From Eledone cirrhosa (taxonomy: Eukaryota), in assembly GCA_964016885.1 (NCBI GenBank), contig OZ024749.1, forward strand, positions 33,480,001-33,544,000: 64,000 nt of DNA. The letters run 5' to 3'. Under the pieces are notes generated by a model. That model was given only the letters and a program-made list of their open reading frames with translations. It had not been told where the DNA came from and searched no databases. Below are positions 57,841 to 64,000 of the stretch, piece after piece. Position 1 is the stretch's first letter, and each line of letters begins with the position of its first letter. A program made the position numbers and the translations under genes.

Positions 57841-58062
57841 ATAGAATATTAAATGTTAAGTGTTAATTGAACAAGTACTTTCATGCTTTCGCAATCTTCA
57901 GGTTCATAATGTGTGGTGACAGTCAAGTTTGCAATTTTCAACAGTTTGCAATTTTCAACAGTTGAAAATTGCAAACTTGACTGTCACCACACATTATGAA
58001 CCTGAAGATTGCGAAAGCATGAAAGTATTTGTTCAATTAACACTTAACATTTAATATTCTAT
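57841..58062. mobile_element. Fold-back element with a hammerhead in each arm
   Basis: About 100-bp inverted arms with a short duplicated segment (gtttgcaattttcaaca) at the centre. Confidence 0.75.
57868..57906 (-). ncRNA. Minimal hammerhead motif (mirror on plus strand at 57997-58035)
   Basis: TGAAC-CTGAAGA-tTGC(gaaa)GCAt-GAAA-GTAC-TT-GTTCA. 5-bp stem I, palindromic AGUACU stem III. Confidence 0.75.
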
Positions 58063-58173
58063 TATTTATAAAACCATATTTATTTCATTATACATAATTC
58101 AGACAGCTTCCAAAAGTAATGGTCGCTTCTAATAGGGTACGTCAAAATTACTTATAAAACTGTTTATATATTG

Positions 58174-58238
58174 TATTTTGTCTGATGAAGGCATACCATA
58201 TTTTAATTTGGTATCCCTGAATTATGTATAATGAAATA
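58174..58238 (+). ncRNA. Hammerhead motif of the same family, core mutated (GAAT)
   Basis: TATTTTGT-CTGATGA-AGGcATACCA..TGGTATcCCT-GAAT-TATGTATA-ATGAAATA. Flanks homologous to 59761-59896. Confidence 0.7.
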
Positions 58239-58278
58239 AATACGGTTTTATAAATATAGTTTCCATTTATTTAATATC

Positions 58279-58313
<35 letters not shown>

Positions 58314-59075
58314 TACAAGACTATATAGTGTTAACGTCACAATAATTTAGCATTACTTATATTAACGTATCACTTGTGTTGTTCCCAGAGCTATTTTCTC
58401 ATTGCAATTCTTTCCTCTTAAACATTCAAACTCTTTCTCTGGCTTCTGTTTGTTCTTTGTGAGTCTCTGTTGATGTCTTCTTTCCTTTCCTGTAAACTGT
58501 TTATTTAATAACAACATACAAACACACATACCACAGAGGCACACATACACAATACACAGACACATACACAGATACATACACACGCACACACCCATTCAGA
58601 CACACAAACACACACACACACACACACACGCGCGCATACACACATACCACAGAGGCACACATACACAATACACAGACACATACACAGATACATATACACA
58701 CACACGCACACACTCAGACACACAAACACACACACACACACGCACACACACGCACACGCGCGCGCATACACACATACCACAGAGGCACACATACACAATA
58801 CACAGACACATACACAGATACATATACACACACACGCACACACTCAGACACACAAACACACAAACACACACACACACACACGCATACACACAGCAACACA
58901 CATACACATACACGCACTGATAATTACATACACACACAGATATACGCACACGCGCACATATACGCACAGACACAGATACATAAACACAAACACGGACACA
59001 CACTCACACAGACACACATAAACAGACACCGACACACATACAAATACACACACATATATGTATACTTGTATATAT

Positions 59076-59137
<62 letters not shown>

Positions 59138-59439
59138 AACTGCCAAAGCTTCTTGTTTGGTCTTGTTTTTTGCTTTTTGTTTAAAAAAAATATACAACAG
59201 ACGTTTATGCCGCTGTTATCATTAATTCATGGCAAGACACACATTAGAAGTTTCTCAGAAGCTTGTTAAAGTTGGAAACTATATGCTGCAGAAATCAAAC
59301 TCTTTGTACGTCGACATAAGAAAGAAAATAAATATAAAAAATAAAGAGAATTCTTATATTCATCTTAAATTGACGTACGACAAACAACCTTTTTGGTAGA
59401 ATGTATATGTGTGTAATGTAATGTATGTATTATACATGC

Positions 59440-59503
<64 letters not shown>

Positions 59504-59556
59504 GCATGTATATATATATATATGTGTGTGTGTATGTGTGTGTGTGTTTATATATA

Positions 59557-59612
<56 letters not shown>

Positions 59613-59791
59613 AGTAGAAGGGGTATTTAATTTGTTGGAAGTCCGACAAATATAAATGTTTATAACTGATTTAGAGCACTCAACAGTTTGCCGGAGTAAA
59701 TATTCAATGATATTAAAAGACTTTCCAGTGAATTTCCAACCGATAAGGTATGATTTTCATGGGTACGTCTCTATTTATAAAACAAACTTTG

Positions 59792-59855
59792 TATTTTATC
59801 TGATGAAAGCGTACCAATGTTGTCTTGGTACCCTTGAAATATATATAATAAAATA
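59792..59855 (+). ncRNA. Type-I hammerhead motif, same family as 17543
   Basis: TATTTTAT-CTGATGA-AAGcGTACCAA..TTGGTACcCTT-GAAA-TATATA-TA-ATAAAATA. Confidence 0.85.
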
Positions 59856-59931
59856 AATATGGTTTTATAAATATAGTTTCCATTTATTTAATATCATTGA
59901 ATTATATATATATACCTTTTCTATACCTTTC

Positions 59932-59997
<66 letters not shown>

Positions 59998-60030
59998 CCA
60001 TGTATACATGTGTTCATATATGCACACACA

Positions 60031-60072
<42 letters not shown>

Positions 60073-60828
60073 TTTAGTTGAATCCACACCTTTTCTAGGC
60101 AGGCCAGACTACTCTAAGTTAGTATGCAGGACTTACTTTACGCCCGTCGTCATAAAATATTTGATCATTCGCCTGAGAAATTTCTTTAAATTGTGGTTTG
60201 GTTTGATTTGGTATGCAGTGCGTGATTGTAAGCTGTTTGAAAATAATGGATTTATGCTTGAAAGCATGAGTAAAATCTTCAATAGTGGGATAAACTGATT
60301 TCTTTTGTTTGTGGCCAAAGTACTGTAACCGCATCAAGCAATATAATTAGTTCAGTTTACAGTTTACACACCATTTACCTTTTCTTATGACAGAGGTGTC
60401 GTAAACTCGAAATATATATACACTCAAAGTGTAAACTGTTGTTTTGTTTTGCCTTTACACTAGTATGTTTATTTTCATTATAGTGGAATTCGTAAAACAA
60501 ATTTTAACCACATATTTTACTATACTTCATAGAAACTATACAAGTTTAAAATCTTATTTACACAGTGGAAGAAAGTGGAAAAAAAAGGAAACTTTAACCA
60601 CTTTATTCTTGACAGCACTAACCATGTCTAGGCTTTGTGGCAAAACACATGATTATAGAATGCCTGTTGGATATAGACTTGAAACATTGGGCTACAAATA
60701 GAGGATTATATTATTTTATTTAGTCTACTTGCTATGTTAAAGTTTAAATTCAAGAATAAAGAGAATTAAAATCTCTCACTCTCCTCCCCTTTCTCCCTGT
60801 ATGTATATATATATACATATCTAATTTT

Positions 60829-60945
<117 letters not shown>

Positions 60946-61015
60946 CTAGCTAGCTTGCTATATATATTTTATATATATATAGAGAGAGAGAGCGAGAGAG
61001 AGAGCGAGAGAGAGA

Positions 61016-61111
<96 letters not shown>

Positions 61112-61301
61112 CATATGTATGTATTGTATGGAAATGAGAAGCTACATATTGGTTTCTTCTTTTGATTTATATATAAACTTAATAAATTCAGTTTTGAAAT
61201 GTGATTGAAACTCGCAATTTAGAAAACAAGTAAAAGAGTACATGGTTACAGTGCAATCAATAGTTCACTCAGTACGGTAAACGAAAAATAAATTCTATCG
61301 A

Positions 61302-61376
<75 letters not shown>

Positions 61377-61540
61377 GCACGCGCACACACGCACTCACAC
61401 ACACGCACACACACACACACGCGCGCACACACACACACGCACACACACACACGCACGCGCACACACGCACACACACACGCACGCACACACACACACACAC
61501 ACACGCACGCACACACACACACACGCACGCACGCACACAC

Positions 61541-61634
<94 letters not shown>

Positions 61635-61833
61635 GTTTGTGTACACGTATATCCGTGCGGATGTGTGTAGTTTGATGAAGCACAATATCAACTGTCAACC
61701 AATTCTTTGGAAAACATAGTTTAAGGAGACATAAATATCTTCAGAACTAATGTTTTACTGTTTTTAGCGGTATATATATATATACATAGAGAGAGAGAGA
61801 GAGAGATACATATACATACACTCACATACACAA

Positions 61834-61892
<59 letters not shown>

Positions 61893-61947
61893 CCCAAGTA
61901 TCGAGTACTCAGTGCGTAATGGTCTAACATTTTTTTACCGACTCCAT

Positions 61948-62312
<365 letters not shown>

Positions 62313-62873
62313 TGCGTGCACCCATATCTATATGTGAGATTGTGCACATTTGTGTACACTAATATACAATTCACAATCAACATTCACTGAAACACAATTT
62401 TATAGAATTCATTATATATTTATCTTTTGTGTCTGTTTCGCCTCATAACTCATCAGGGGTATTGGCTTCCCCTGCTAACCTCTCTTTCTGGACAGTGTCT
62501 CAATATTTACTTGAAGCAACCGAGAAAATAATAAAGAATCCACAAATAAACGAAACAAAACAAAAAAAAAATACACCAAACCAAAAGAGAAACAAACCGA
62601 CATAACAAAATAGATGAAAACTGGTCGGAGTAGAGAAAATCTTTATTACACTGTTATGAAAAATGTATCGATGTATCTTGTACATATATAATATCTTTAG
62701 TTCACAGTTAGAAGATCATTAATTTCTTTCTTGTATGTACAATGAACGAGATTGTTGGTCTGGAGTGTGTCTGAGTGGATGTTCTGGTGTGTGTATGACT
62801 TAGATAATTTATTGCTTATATCGTCTTACTGATGTTATCATTTGTTTTCGCTCTTTTTATCTAATTCAAAGAC

Positions 62874-62904
<31 letters not shown>

Positions 62905-62907
62905 ATA

Positions 62908-63095
62908 TAATTGTTTCTACTTTAGGCACAAGGCCAGCAATTACCCAGTGCATTACTGGTACTTTATTCTATCGACCCCGTAAGGATAAAAGGTAAAGTC
63001 AACCTCGGCGGGATTTGAACTCAGATCGTAAAGGGACGTAACTATGCTGGAAAGCATGGCGTCCGACCCTCTACCGATACTGCCAATCCACCGCC
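62908..63095 (-). mobile_element. Same tRNA-SINE family (tandem neighbours at 63156-63337 and 63389-63450)
   Basis: Near-identical to 12762-12953 and 10262-10484. Confidence 0.85.
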
Positions 63096-63354
63096 CTGTA
63101 TATATATAATATAATATAATATAATATTATATATATATATAATATAATATATATATAATTGTTTCTACTTTTGGCACAAGGCCAGCAATTACCCAGTTCA
63201 TCACTGGTACTTTATTTTATCGACCCCGTAAGGATGAAAGGCAAAGTTAACCTCAGCGGGATTTGAACTCAGATCGTAAAGGGACGTAACTACGCTGGAA
63301 AGCGTGTCTGACCCTCTACCAATACTGCCAATTCACCTATATATAATATAATAT

Positions 63355-63389
<35 letters not shown>

Positions 63390-64000
63390 ATGGTTTCTTA
63401 TATAGGCACAAGGCCAGTAATTTTGGGGGAGCGGAAAGTCGATTAAATTGAGTGACCTTCGTAAACTGTGTATTTTTACTCCCAGTTTGGCTGACGTGCT
63501 TTCTGTATAAGTTAGACATTTCTATTTTATATTGATTGTTCGGTTTATATAGAAACACGGTCCTTATGTGTATACATATTTTAAACTGGTTGAGTGCATT
63601 TTTGGCGGGAATTCCAGTTTTTTAATTCAACCCACCAAAGCATGTTTTTTCTCATTAGCGGCCTCTTTCTTGTATGGAGGTTACGTGTCATGACAGCATT
63701 GAACTGCTAGAATCAATGATGATAACGGTCTGTGTAGATGTGTTCACGTTGAAAACCAAAATGTTAGGAAGGTCTGAAGCCTCATTGCATAATATTAGGC
63801 AAGTCTCTGATATTAGGCAAGTCTCTGTATATATCACTTTTAATAACAGAAGCGTCCAGCAATTTGATACTGAAGTATCACTACCGAAACATTACGATTT
63901 TAATTTCTAATTAACTATCTCAATGATAGCTTACATTTTCTCACTTTCAAACCCATTATCTCATTAATGGAGTGAGTACTGATCGGAGCTCGCCGAAACG

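Noticed and set aside
62435-62458. Hammerhead core on minus strand (CTGATGA-GTT atga GGC-GAAAC)
   Set aside because: No UH triplet or stem I partner. At best a decayed copy.
63978-64000. ctgatcggagctcgccgaaacg at the window edge
   Set aside because: The core does not match YUGANRA and the sequence is truncated.

Overview
AT-rich, microsatellite-saturated eukaryotic DNA with no recognisable host gene. The SINE families and repeat landscape suggest an octopus/coleoid cephalopod (inference). Most ORFs in the track are translated microsatellites. Real coding sequence: one intact 1181-aa RTE-clade LINE ORF (APE endonuclease, RT, three C-terminal C2H2 fingers; 49584-53129), a 3' fragment of an L1/Tx1-type LINE, two small RTE fragments and a broken Tc1 transposase. 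Also present: tRNA-derived SINEs, hAT and Tc1-type MITEs, RTE-derived non-autonomous elements and a 72-bp minisatellite carrying a CRE palindrome in each unit. The main hidden signal is non-coding. About 13 recognisable and several degenerate minimal type-I hammerhead ribozyme motifs from several families sit in short elements, usually next to (TA)n tracts. They have palindromic stem III, and some carry the compensatory U3-A8 core. Many elements are head-to-head fold-back palindromes with a 3' tail on only one arm, matching Penelope-like element (PLE) or retrozyme termini, but no PLE ORF is visible here. All structures were read by eye; coordinates may be off by a few bases and activity is untested.
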